Shown: positions 39,890-52,500 of the stretch, in pieces
How positions within the stretch are numbered: position 1 is the first letter of the stretch
Layout of the letters: each line of letters starts with the position of its first letter
Origin: Pecten maximus
Taxonomy: Eukaryota
NCBI RefSeq assembly: GCF_902652985.1
Contig: NC_047024.1
Location: 20,522,001-20,586,000, forward strand
Direction: 5' to 3'
DNA: 64,000 nt
Translations under genes and position numbers: made by a program
The notes under the pieces: model-generated
Told to the model about the DNA's origin: nothing
Seen by the model: the letters and a program-made list of their open reading frames with translations, nothing else
The model's database searches: none

Positions 39890-42800
39890 TAACAAAACAC
39901 AGCTTCATTTTAGTGTCATCATCTATTACAGCGTTATAACAAAACATCACCTTTTATTCAGGTAAAAATATAAAATAAATTTAAAAAGTTTAAATGTACA
40001 AAATAAAATATTGACAACAGTTTCTAACACTAAGAATTTCTTTCATTCATTATATTAAACAGTTTTCAGTCATAAAAATTTCTGGTTCTTCCTTTCACAT
40101 ACATACTTCTCGCTATTGGAAACATTAATATATCACGATAATCTAGACCTTTGATGTCCAGATCTGCGAAGTCACATAATACCCTGATCTATTCTCAGTT
40201 TTATACCACTCGAATACCAGCACTGTACCGTTAAGTTCACAATTGATGTAAGGTTCTTTGAATGTAAAATGCAATAAAGTATCAAAGGTTTCCAAAGGTT
40301 GTATATAAAAAGTACTCCGGTACATTGAATGCCTGAATTGACTCCTCCCTCACTCACTTTATTTGAAGGAAGCGAACAACAGTTGCCTCCCCTTCCTCAT
40401 TCAGTAAACTAAGATTTTGTATGGAAGGACTACAGGAGTGTTGGTGCATGTCCTTTTCCCTAAATTCATCTTAATTATCAGGACTTCATGAATTTGATCT
40501 TCTCCCTTACATGTACCATTGCATGTAATTGTGAGGATACTTTGCATCAAACATTAGAATTATCAGATTTAAAATTGTAAAAATATAATTTTCACTTTTT
40601 TGTTTTAAATTCTGATCTGATAAATGGCGAATTGGATTACAATTATCAGCTTTAAATTGACAAATTCACTCTGTAACATATACCATGATAAATTTTATCA
40701 TGATTTTCCATAAATGATAAACATTTTCATGGTTTGAGTTGTAAACACAATTATGGTTGCAAAAATAACAAACATTATTTAATAATGAAATCTGAATTTC
40801 TAACACAGGGGCTTGTACTGAACATGAGGACACAGGGGTTAGATACAATTTGGAGGGACAAAATACTATTTGTTTCCCAAATATCAAAGCCTCCATTATA
40901 TCAGAAAAGAGGGAAATGCATAGTCTGGTTGGTAAATATACATTGGCAAGTAATTGCTGATAGGATCCAGATAAATTAAGACTTTTTTTCACACACTTAT
41001 GTTTTAAGTGATATATTAGCGATTGTAACATACAATAATCGTCATCATTAGATGTTTTCTACATTTCTGGATAAAAATGGTGAATTTGCACTTAATAAGG
41101 TGAGCAAAGATGAACTTGGCTGAGATTCTGAAAATATTAGGAAAAACTTGAATGATGATAAAAATGTTATCATAGTGATGTGACATCTTTAAGTACTGTA
41201 CTGTATATTTCATTAAGTTTGTAGTTTATATGGTCTTAATCACCAAAAACGAGCCTCTCACACTATCAGACATTTTGGTGAATTATCACATATTCAAACT
41301 CATTCAATGATTTGAAATATGTGTTCACCATACTTGCCATCTTTTCCAATTTAGTCGGGGTTTTTTTTCAGACTCAATGCCCTGATCGTATTGATTAAAA
41401 AAAGGGTATTCTCCTGATTTTGGGGAACCTGTTTTGATAACCCCATGATATATGGAGCCCTTATTCATCTTGTTAGTTTCACTTAGGCCTATGACAGGTA
41501 AGGCTTGCTGGCTAGTGAAAGGCATATAACATGTGGGGCATTAATGACCTGCTCACAGACAGTAACGAAATTCATCGCTTGGTTTGTGTCTAGTGAAAAT
41601 GGGAATCAATACACTTAAATTAAAGAATAAGATCTGAATCAAGATTAAGTTTCCTGTTACCTATTCAAAAGCTGTCATAAGATCTATCATATTTGAAAAA
41701 AAAATAACAATAACAATTATGAAAAAAAAAGAAGAAAAAAAGAGAAATAAAAAGACAACCAATGGTTTTGACAGAGATGATGGCAAATATTTGCATGTAG
41801 TGCTTTGCATTGAGACTCCAATGTCAGACATGAACATGTCCAATATGTACTTGAATTAAACAGACATGACAAAATAAAATTTAGTGTCATTTAAAAGTTG
41901 TGATTAAGTATAAAACATTCTTATATTTACTTATGTAAATATAAAGGATCAAGATACTGTATAAAAATTACACCTCATAACATAAAAATAAATACAAAAA
42001 CAACAGTTTTGTTTACTATGACAAAACAAAGACAACATCAATACTGTAAACAAGCAAACAATACATTTCTTTGATCTTTTTGTGAAATACAAAATATTAT
42101 GTTTCATATTCCAAGGCGAACATCACTGACGAATACATTTCATAAATAATGGCAAAAATAGACTTATAAGCAGAAACATGAATGTTTGAAACTTGTTATA
42201 GGAAAAATTAAAAACCTTGCTTAACATTAAACTCTGAAAAAGGCTGTACATTTTTATAAAGATAAAAGTACTGAGAATCCAGATTTTTTAAGCTAAAAAT
42301 GTGCCCAGTTCTCTGAGAATCTTAGGCCTGACCCCATCAACACAACTACGATCTGATGATCCAAGTGTAGTACAAAATCAACAATGGTAGTCAACATTGT
42401 CTGAAGGTGAGGCGTACATTTAAAATATTGAGGATCTTAAACCGATCCATGTCATAATACATTTACTGAATAAGTTCAATAAATTAAATGTGACACAGAA
42501 AGGAGTGCAAGATTCTATTTCTCATCTCATATTCATGGCAATGAAATTAAAGCAAAAACCTTAAAATCATATTCATGACTAAAAATTTTTTGTACAGTAT
42601 ATTTTACACGAACGAAACAATTGAGTGCTCTCATAACAACACAGCAGCATTAACATTATTACAGATGTGATTCAGTCACATGACCTAAGGTTAATCCTAG
42701 AGTCACATGACTAAATCCTACACCAGATTAGTCCTAAGCCTATCACTGACCCCATTAAGGGCTGAATAAGGGTATATTTAAGGTAGAAAAATACACCTTG

Positions 42801-43344
42801 AAACATTCATGATGGTTTGCAGTTACGGTATGTCAAAATACCTTACCCTATAACGATACAGTGATCTTATAATTGGCAGCATTTTCTCACTTGCGAAGTT
42901 TTAAGTACATAGCAAAATTTCCATAAAATGGATTGCCTAAATCATAGCCACTAATTAGCGATTACTAAGTACTATAATTACAATATTCATTTAACAGAAA
43001 TTGAGCTTCATTTATAAGTGAAAGCATAAAGGCAATAAAGATAAGATTATACGAACTCTTTTGAATTTTCACCGGGCATGGAAATTTTCATCTATAGATA
43101 GTTGTGGAAACAAACACCATTCATTCATAAAAGATTGAATTACTGTAAAGTTGGGACCAGGGTATCGTATTATTCGCAGGGAGTTGCATTTTGCTCCACA
43201 CACATTTGCAGTCATTAAGTATAGCACAAAAATAAACACTCCATGAATATCTATATACAGTATACACACAACTGTATATAAGTGTTAAACGCAGAATGTT
43301 TACAAGGTGTGCTGTACGAAAATAAATACCCTCCGCCGTCCGAC

Positions 43345-43535
43345 TACTGTAAACTACATTACTTGGTGTACTCTAATCTCAGCGAATTTCCTAACAGAGT
43401 ACCACATTGATGAATTGGTGCATCAAAATCATTTGATATAGAAACGTGATATAGAAAGTGCATTTAGCGCAATCATGATTTCTGGCGCAAAAAGGCTAAA
43501 ATAAGATTACCACATAAATATATATGTTTACAGTA
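43345..43535. mobile_element. TA-flanked MITE remnant (Tc1/mariner-like)
   Basis: tactgtaaac ... gtttacagta termini. Confidence 0.55.
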
Positions 43536-43666
43536 CTTTCGACTCTGACAACCGCAAAATATTAGCCACGTGAAATTTAACAAATATACAGTACCTATTC
43601 AGATCAGAGAGAAAGGGCATGATTATACATTCTTCATTTTTAAATGTACATTTTTTTTTGTATATC

Positions 43667-43794
43667 TAGGAAAATGCTTTCAAAAATTCCTGACAAATTT
43701 TATAGGAAAATCATAATACTGAGAAATTAAAATAGATCTATTTAATTTCTCAGGATTAAGATTTTCCTATAAAATTTTTGAAAGCATTTTCCTA
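43667..43794. repeat. Long inverted repeat/hairpin downstream of the NF-YA stop
   Basis: taggaaaatgctttcaaaaatt / aatttttgaaagcattttccta plus inner paired arms. Confidence 0.8.
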
Positions 43795-46466
43795 TTGCCA
43801 AAGAGTTGAAACTTACCACAAGAAAGATAAACTATTTATTACCAATCTTTCATTCCCAACAGTCTTTGAAGATGATATGTTCTCGTTTTTAAGTAACCAA
43901 TCACAATCTGTAGTAATACAGCTATGATAGATTTTACAGAAGATCTCACAATTGAGCACTAAACCTCAGTACGTAATGGATTTCAGAAGAGTGAAAAAGA
44001 CATTTCACAAAAGTTACAAATTACATGTACATTAAAATAAATATCACAAATTATGATCATTATATACATATATGTTTACATACTTTCATACACATATACA
44101 AAATAATGCAAACATAGTGTTTGACTTTTAAAACCACTTTTTGACTTTTCTCGATATAAAATAGGTTCTAAAACAAGACTTACCTCCCTTGCCTCACTTC
44201 ACTTTGAGTCAGGCCTCAAAATCTTTATATTAAATATTTATGTATTTATTTTAAAATTTTTGCTCTACCGTTAAAAATATTGCTTTAAATGGCCTGCAAA
44301 ATTTTGTTGCAGTTTAAAAGTAAAATTACGAATTATCACGTTAAATGTCGTAAATCTAAGATGTCAGATTTGTTAGAATGTCAGATTTGTCAATGAAGAC
44401 TTCAGAGCTAGCTTCCACAAAAAGATAAAAATGTTTAAAACTTTTCAATGTAAAAATGCTTTTGGGTTCATTTTAGGACATCAGTTAAAATTATTGAAGG
44501 CAAAAGTAATTTATACAATTACAGTAAAATATGTATAGTCAGTCATTAAATTCTTGTATGTACATACTTTAAAAATGTGTAGGAAATTTCTCCTTTCAAC
44601 ATTTTAACAGCATAATTTATCCAGATCAAAATCTTCATTTCGGAGACTGTACTTCCTATTATGCTATACAAGAAAATAGTTTGTAAATTTTGTTTTTTGC
44701 TTTTCTCAAAATTTAACTATTAAAACATATGTCTTCAGATAGACTTTCGTCTAAAAATGTAAGTCCCTTTTGGGGAAAAAACCAATAAATCTTACCAGTA
44801 TAGAAGATTACCGTGTTATACACAATAACAATGATGACTGTACAGTTTTGTGTACAAAATTTCATCTTAAAATCAGGTATGTATCTAAATCTGTAATATC
44901 TTATTTGCTCATTATTTGGAGAAATTCCTTTTCTTTATTATAGAACATGGCAGTGTATGATAACGGCACGGGTGAAAGTATCCCGGTTCCTGGAATACTG
45001 AAATACATAATGTAGCTGGTTTTGTAAAATTTAACATAGGCATACATTGGGGAAAATATTTCCAAAATACTGAATTCAGTTTTAATACTGAACACTTTCA
45101 TACATGTAAAGGCAAATTGCCAGTCTATTCAAATGATTATATCTGGTCAGCATTGCAGATATTTTATTAGAAAAAAAAATCATGTATCTGCTTTTTGCTT
45201 TTTCATGGACTGGATTATTTTATAATAAATCATTTTTAAATGCACAGGTCAACAATTGATACTTTAAACGATCATGAAAAGCTCTAATAACACTTCACAA
45301 TAGTACTTCATAAACAAGGCATGCAGGCGTCTGCATTGTCCAGCAAAAACATCAATGTCAGAAATATGAATGACATTTCCTCTTAAAAATGTTTTAAATC
45401 TATTCTATCATTTCCAACACTATCTCAATTGCATGTATGCATCAGTGTTGCATAGTGATAACATCCACACATATTGTTTCTCAATAAATGCAGTCAGTAA
45501 TGTTGTTTAACGGTAAATGTCGGACATTCACCTGAAGAGTTTTCAACACTGTCGGTCCCCACAGAGTCTTCTACACCTTTCACTTGTTTGACCCATGGAA
45601 GCACTGGCTTGGAAACCTTCAATTTGACATGAATATTCATATATTATCAACCCAAAAAATGCTTCCTATTTCTTTGCCTGGAAAATAGAAACAGTACAAC
45701 ACCAAGATGGCTGCACCCATGTGTCGGCATTCTTTGCTATCTGCCATCTTGTCAAACAAACCACAGAACATACAGAACAATGTTTCTGATTGGTAAGATT
45801 TTCTGTAGGCATTTTCTACAGAACCAATCAGATGACTGGATATGATAAATGAATAATTCATGAATACGAGACTTTTTGTGTGAGTGCCCCTGACGGGACC
45901 GATCTGAACTGTGCGAAGACATAACTTGGTTACTGACAATTTCCACAGTACACGACCCTGTCTCTTCTTTGTGATGTCAACCAGCGTACGAAAAGTATTC
46001 TGTAAATACTGAAATCCAGTTCCAAATAGCGACCAATCACATTTATTACTTCAGCAAATTGTCCAATTAATAAATTAATTGCTTGGTGTTTCTTTCAGTG
46101 ATCAATATCCAATGGTCATCATAACAATACTTGAAGGCCTCCTTTCCTTAAGACTGGTCACACCTAAGTACTATGTATGCTATATGGCCATTGCACAGGT
46201 TGGTGAGCTGGTACCACAGCTTTTCATGTTCTTTTAATAGAACAAACCAGTCGTACTGGTACAGCCATACATAAGGAAAGCCAACTTGTCTCTCTGTACC
46301 ATTCACGAAACCAGGTTTTCTGGGTCTGATCCTTGACCGGTCCAGCCAGCCTAATGGTGAGCAAGTGTTTTGGACTAGTATGGTCAACTGGTCCAGCCAG
46401 TTGATTGCTAAGCACACCTATAGCTAGTGTTAGTTTTTAATTTTTTAAGTGTAATGGCTCATTTGA

Positions 46467-46562
46467 TCAGGGTCCTTGTTTCGCTGCGATTGCCACTGGT
46501 CGGTGATGATTTGTCCGTAGCCCGAGGAAATCTGCCATATCATGTGCATCATCAGGATAGTC
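46467..46562 (-). CDS. NFYA: NF-YA terminal coding exon (DYPDDAHDMADFLGLRTNHHRPVAIAAKQGP*)
   Basis: Strong acceptor ctttctcttccactgtag, in frame with the previous exon, TGA at 46467-46469; tail not recognisably conserved. Confidence 0.75.
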   Translation of the reverse strand, partial: DYPDDAHDMADFLGLRTNHHRPVAIAAKQGP

Positions 46563-49500
46563 CTACAGTGGAAGAGAAAGACGCTTCATGTGAAATACTA
46601 GTAAATATACTCGGCACAAGGACTTAAAGATTAGCTCTAAATAATTAAATTTATCATACAAAATTTATCATACATCAGTATTCAAGCATTTGATTAAACG
46701 GTCCAAAGTTAAATAGATACAAGCCAGGGATTTCGGCTGGTGTCTAGGGACTGGATCAAGTGTGAGTGGTCATTCATGATTGAAAATCAGCTCTGTATTT
46801 TCCCAAAGTTGATCAAAAAGTACAGCTGAGGCTCCCAACAAAGTATCATTGCATACTTACTATTGTAGATTATGACGATGCATGACAACTATGATGTTGT
46901 TTTTTTTGTTTTTTTCCCTTAAAACTTTAAGAAAAATGCAAACAAACTTTCTCAATTTTAGGACAGGGTCCCCACACAAAATAGCAAAATGCCTGAAAGC
47001 CTAGTATTCAGTTCTCAAAAATGTTGATAAAGTTCCTCAAATCCAGCTGTGAAGTCTTTTGATCTTTACATCTTTTAAGTTTACATAAATGCACTTGGAG
47101 TAGCAAGTCTGTAACAAACTTTACTATAGTAGACAGTCGGTAACAAACTTGACTACAGTAGCGAGTCTGTAACAAACTTGACTACAGTAGCGAGTCTGTA
47201 ACAAACTTGACTACAGTAGCGAGTCGGTTAACAAACTTGACTACAGTATAGCGAGTCTGTAACAAAGTTTCCTACAGTAGCGAGTCTGTAACAAACTTGA
47301 CTACAGTAGCGAGTCTGTAACAAACTTTAGTACAGTAGCGAGTCTATAACAAAGTTTACTACAGTAGCATGTCTGTAACAAACTTTACCCCCCCCTATAG
47401 TAGAGAGCCTGTAACAAACTTTACTACAGTAACGAGTCTGTAACAAACTTTACTACAGTAGCGAGTCTGTAACAAACTTTACTACAGTAGCGAGTCTAAC
47501 AAACTTTACTACAGTAGCGAGTCTGTAACAAACTTTACTATAGTAACGAGTCTGTAACAAACTTTACCCCCCTATAGTAGAGAGTCTGTAACAAACTTTA
47601 CTATAGTAGCGAGTCTGTAACAAACTTTACTATAGTAGCGAGTCTGTAACAAACTTTACCCCCCCTATAGTAGAGAGCCTGTAACAAACTTTACTACAGT
47701 AACGAGTCTGTAACAAACTTTACTACAGTAGCGAGTCTGTAACAAACTTTACTATAGTAGCGAGTCTGTCACAAACTTTACTACAGTAGCGAGTCTGTAA
47801 CAAACTTTACTATAGTAGCGAGTCTGTCACAAACTTTACTACAGTAGCGAGTCTGTCACAAACTTTACTACAGTAGCGAGTCTGTAACAAACTTTACTAT
47901 AGTAGCGAGTCTGTCACAAACTTTACTACAGTAGCGAGTCTGTAACAAACTTTACTATAGTAGCGAGTCTGTCACAAACTTTTACTATAGTAGAGAGTCT
48001 GTAACAAACTTTACTACAGTAGCGAGTCTGTAACAAACTTTACTACAGTAGCGAGTCTGTAACAAACTTTACTACAGTAGCGAGTCTGTAACAAACTTTA
48101 CTATAGTAGCGAGTCTGTCACAAACTTTACTATAGTAGCGAGTCTGTCACAAACTTTACTATAGTAGCGAGTCTGTCACAAACTTTACTACAGTAGCGAG
48201 TCTGTCACAAACTTTACTACAGTAGCGAGTCTGTAACAAACTTTACTACAGTAGCGAGTCTGTAACAAACTTTACTACAGTAGCGAGTCTGTAACAAACT
48301 TTACTATAGTAGCGAGTCTGTAACAAACTTTACTATAGTAGCGAGTCTGTCACAAACTTTACTACAGTAGCGAGTCTGTAACAAACTTTACTACAGTAGC
48401 GAGTCTGTCACAAACTTTACTACAGTAGCGAGTCTGTAACAAACTTTACTACAGTAGCGAGTCTGTAACAAACTTTACTATAGTAGCGAGTCTGTAACAA
48501 ACTTTACTACAGTAGCGAGTCTGTAACAAACTTTACTACAGTAGCGAGTCTGTAACAAACTTTACTACAGTAGCGAGTCTGTAACAAACTTTACTATAGT
48601 AGCGAGTCTGTAACAAACTTTACTACAGTAGCGAGTCTGTAACAAACTTTACTACAGTAGCGAGTCTGTAACAAACTTTACTACAGTAGCGAGTCTGTAA
48701 CAAACTTTACTACAGTAGCGAGTCTGTAACAAACTTTACTACAGTAGCGAGTCTGTAACAAACTTTACTACAGTAGTGAGTCTGTAACAAACTTTACTAT
48801 AGTAACGAGTCTGTAACAAACTTGACTACAGTAGCGAGTCTGTAACAAACTTTACTACAGTAGCGAGTCTGTAACAAACTTTACTACAGTAACGAGTCTG
48901 TAACAAACTTTACTACAGTAGCGAGTCTGTAACAAACTTTACTACAGTAGCGAGTCTGTAACAAACTTAACTACAATAGCGAGTCTGTAACAATTTTACT
49001 ACAGTAGTGAGTCTGTAACAAACTTTACTATAGTAGCGAGTCTGTAACAAAGTTTCCTACAGTAGCGAGTCTGTAACAAACTTTACTATAGTAGCGAGTC
49101 TGTAACAAACTTTACTACAGTAGCGAGTCTATAACAAACTTTACTATAGTAGCGAGTCTGTAACAAACTTTACTACAGTAGCGAGCCTGTAACAAACTTT
49201 ACTATAGTAGCGAGTCTGTAACAAACTTTACTACAGTAGTGAGTCCGTAACAAACTTTACTTTAGTAGCGAGTCTGTCACAAACTTTACTACAGTAGCAA
49301 GTCTGTAACAAACTTCACTTTTACAGCAGTATAATATAATTTACTCACCACAGGTTCTTGTTTAAATTCCTGCGAATCATCAGGTTCTTGTTTTATCAGA
49401 GAATAGAAGCGACCACCATCACCGCGACTCCTGTTCATGGCATGTTTGTGTCGAGATTCATGTAGATATTTCTGCAGCAAAGATTTTTGGAAAATTTTGC

Positions 49501-52500
49501 TCATTTGATATCTGTTCTTGAAACAAGACTATAGTACTGGCACAGTATGAAAAATTCAATTTACATGATAACACACAATATTCTTCATGTCTGAACAATA
49601 AACATAAAATACAGTAGTATAAAACTTTTATAAAACATATTTTGACAGATTAACATTTCAAATTATCTTTACACACATCTGTTTATTTACAGCAATGATA
49701 TCAGCCTTGAGAAATCAACTTTTTCGGTAAAACAATAATTAGAGTTTATCAAAATTTAAAAATCTGGATCAAACTCTACTCACCCGTCGCTGTTTAGGGA
49801 TTTTGCCACTAGCCTCTAACTTGGCTCGAGCCTGTCTCCGTTTGAGGATGCGGTTGTATTGTTTAGCATTGACGTACAGTGGCTCTTCATCAGAGGCAAC
49901 TTGTTGTGTTTGTATAGGCATCCGTTGTAGTGTATTCCCATTCAAAACCTGCCACACCAAAGAGGAACTTGTCAATACTGTGTATTACATAACGCTATTA
50001 AAAACTTTCGCTAAATTGTGAAAATTCAAAAAAAATTAATAATAATCAGGGTGCATACAGATTGGTCAAACCAAAGTCGAAGCCATTTCTAGAATTTTCA
50101 ATGACCTTACTAAGTATTTCATGGACCTATTCATGCAGAATTAAGGATATTTTTATTTTGCCTAAAGCTACACACTTTTCATGTTTGATATCAGCACTGA
50201 TTCACCTATTTTCTTGAGGAATATCATATGAAACACAAAATGCAATTCCCCTGTCTGCACATGTATACCCCAGATTAGAACAAAGGGTTTCTCTTCCAAT
50301 TTGGACTGAAAGTAAGTTTCTTTGTATTCAAGGACTTTTTAATGCAAGCCAAGATTCAAGGCCTTTCAAGTAAAATCAAGGCTTTTTTAAAGGGGCATTC
50401 CTTCGTTCGGACAGCAGAAACATGCTAAATTTCTACTGATGAAATATATGTCCGATCAAGGATTATATGAGTGTTTGTGCCTACACGTAATGAAATTAAA
50501 GCCGAAATGTACTGAACAATGACGAATTGTACACAGATACCATCTGTCTATGCGGTAATTAGTAATACTTCTGGGCGAATTAAGGATTTTTAGGACTTAA
50601 TACTTGAAGGACTTTGGTTTATCTTGCGAGTAAAACTGACGTACTAATGTAATTATTATAACTTTTACTACTTGGAAAAAATACTTATTTTCCATTAAGT
50701 TCCATTTTGATGACCTAAATTTTATTCAAATGCCCCTTTAAGACTGGAAAGCAAAATTCTAGGTCTTTTCAAGCCTGTATGCACCCAGCTGATAGTTAGT
50801 CACGACTCTGACCAACAAGAAATGAACTCTGTCACATACCATGATCTGCTGGTTACTGTTAGCACCCATCTGCAGCATGCCACGGGCCTGTAGGCCTTGT
50901 AGGACTTGTGGCACTGTTGTTCCGTTCGTCGTCTGTACAATCTGTCCGTTGGTTTGCTGTAAGCCTTGCTGTAACATCTGTGCCACTGTGGCTTCCTGGC
51001 TGTTGGTCTCCCCTGACGACTGCTGTATGCCACTTGGCGATGTGGTTTGTGGCATTCCCGTCTGTAACACCTGTCCCCCAGACTGTAACATCTGACCACC
51101 TATGCTGTTTTGCTGTAGTGCTGTCTGTAAGATTTGTGCGGCACTGGCCTGTGGCATTCCACCAGCCTGCAGCATCTGAGGCGAACTACTCTGTGGTATT
51201 GAGTTCTGTACTAGCTGTGTGGCCCCATTCTGCTGTAGCTGTGCCATCTGTGGGATTCCCCCCTGAATAATCTGACCGTTACCCTGTATGATCCCCGCCT
51301 GCAGCATTTGTTGAAGATTAGCTGCCTGAGGTGAGACAGATTGGACGGAGGGGGTGGTGGCTGAAAAATTATTTTACCATTTAGTGCAAGAACACAGATG
51401 ATTTAACAATACAGGCTACATTTCATGGGTACACAGGATCATGTGTTTATGAGTTCATGTTTTGTATGCATAAACACTTGGTCCTGTGTACACATAAACA
51501 CAAGTCATGATTGTGTTGTTGTTTTTTTTTCACTTTTGAAAAATATGCCGATTCATTTTTTACCCATCTGCTAAAGTATCTTTCAAGAAATTTACATACA
51601 TGATATTTGTATACTCATATACAAGTTTCTATAGGAGACTAACCTTGGGACTGTTGTTGTACTTGCGAAAGTTGTAGTTGATTATTGGCGGAGTCGTCTG
51701 CCCCTGCCTGCAGAATCTGCTGTTGCTGAGGCTGGTACAGTATGGTTTGTCCATCCTGAGTCTGCACCAGTTGACCTCCAAACTGCTGCTGACCTATAAT
51801 CTGCCCTGGCTGACCTTGAAATGCCATTATCTGACCAGTACCTTGACCAGCAGCTTGTTGAAATATCTAGTTAAGAAAAGATTAATAAACAGTTTATCCA
51901 GGAAAACATAATTTTACCTCCAGAATTTATTGTTATCTTTGAAACCACTGTAGTACACTAACTCAAGTTTTCAGTCAATTTTACTAAATATCAAAACTGT
52001 TAGAGTTTTAAAATCAAGAGTCCCATTCACAGTTGCCAATGCGATTTTAACTGTGAAATTACATGTAAAAGGTGGAAAATTTCCTACTTATGACAATACA
52101 TTGTACATAGATTTTCTTCTGAAAAAAAGGCTCTGGCAAAGTAAAGCAGATGGAATTAACCATATAATGTGTATCACGTCTCCATGGGCTCTCAAACAGA
52201 CTTGGCAGTCCTTACCTGTTGTTGGGCTTGTAAAGAATTTTGGATTTGTTGTCCACCAGGAGCCAGCAGCTGAAACTATAAAGATATTTACACGGTAACG
52301 TAATAATGCACAGCAAACCATGACATGTATAAATTGTAGAGAATATTTTGACATGGAGTAACTTTTTTTCATGAAGGAACTTCAGAGATGACATTTTTAT
52401 AAGATATTATTGAAACTACTAAAAAAATTGATTCTCTCTCACATAAATCACAAAACATATGTACTATTATAAAATTAAAATTGATCCTATTCACTATCAA

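Noticed and set aside
50800-51270. Overlapping alternative-frame and antisense ORFs (also 54305-54633)
   Set aside because: Shadows of the Q-rich NF-YA exons
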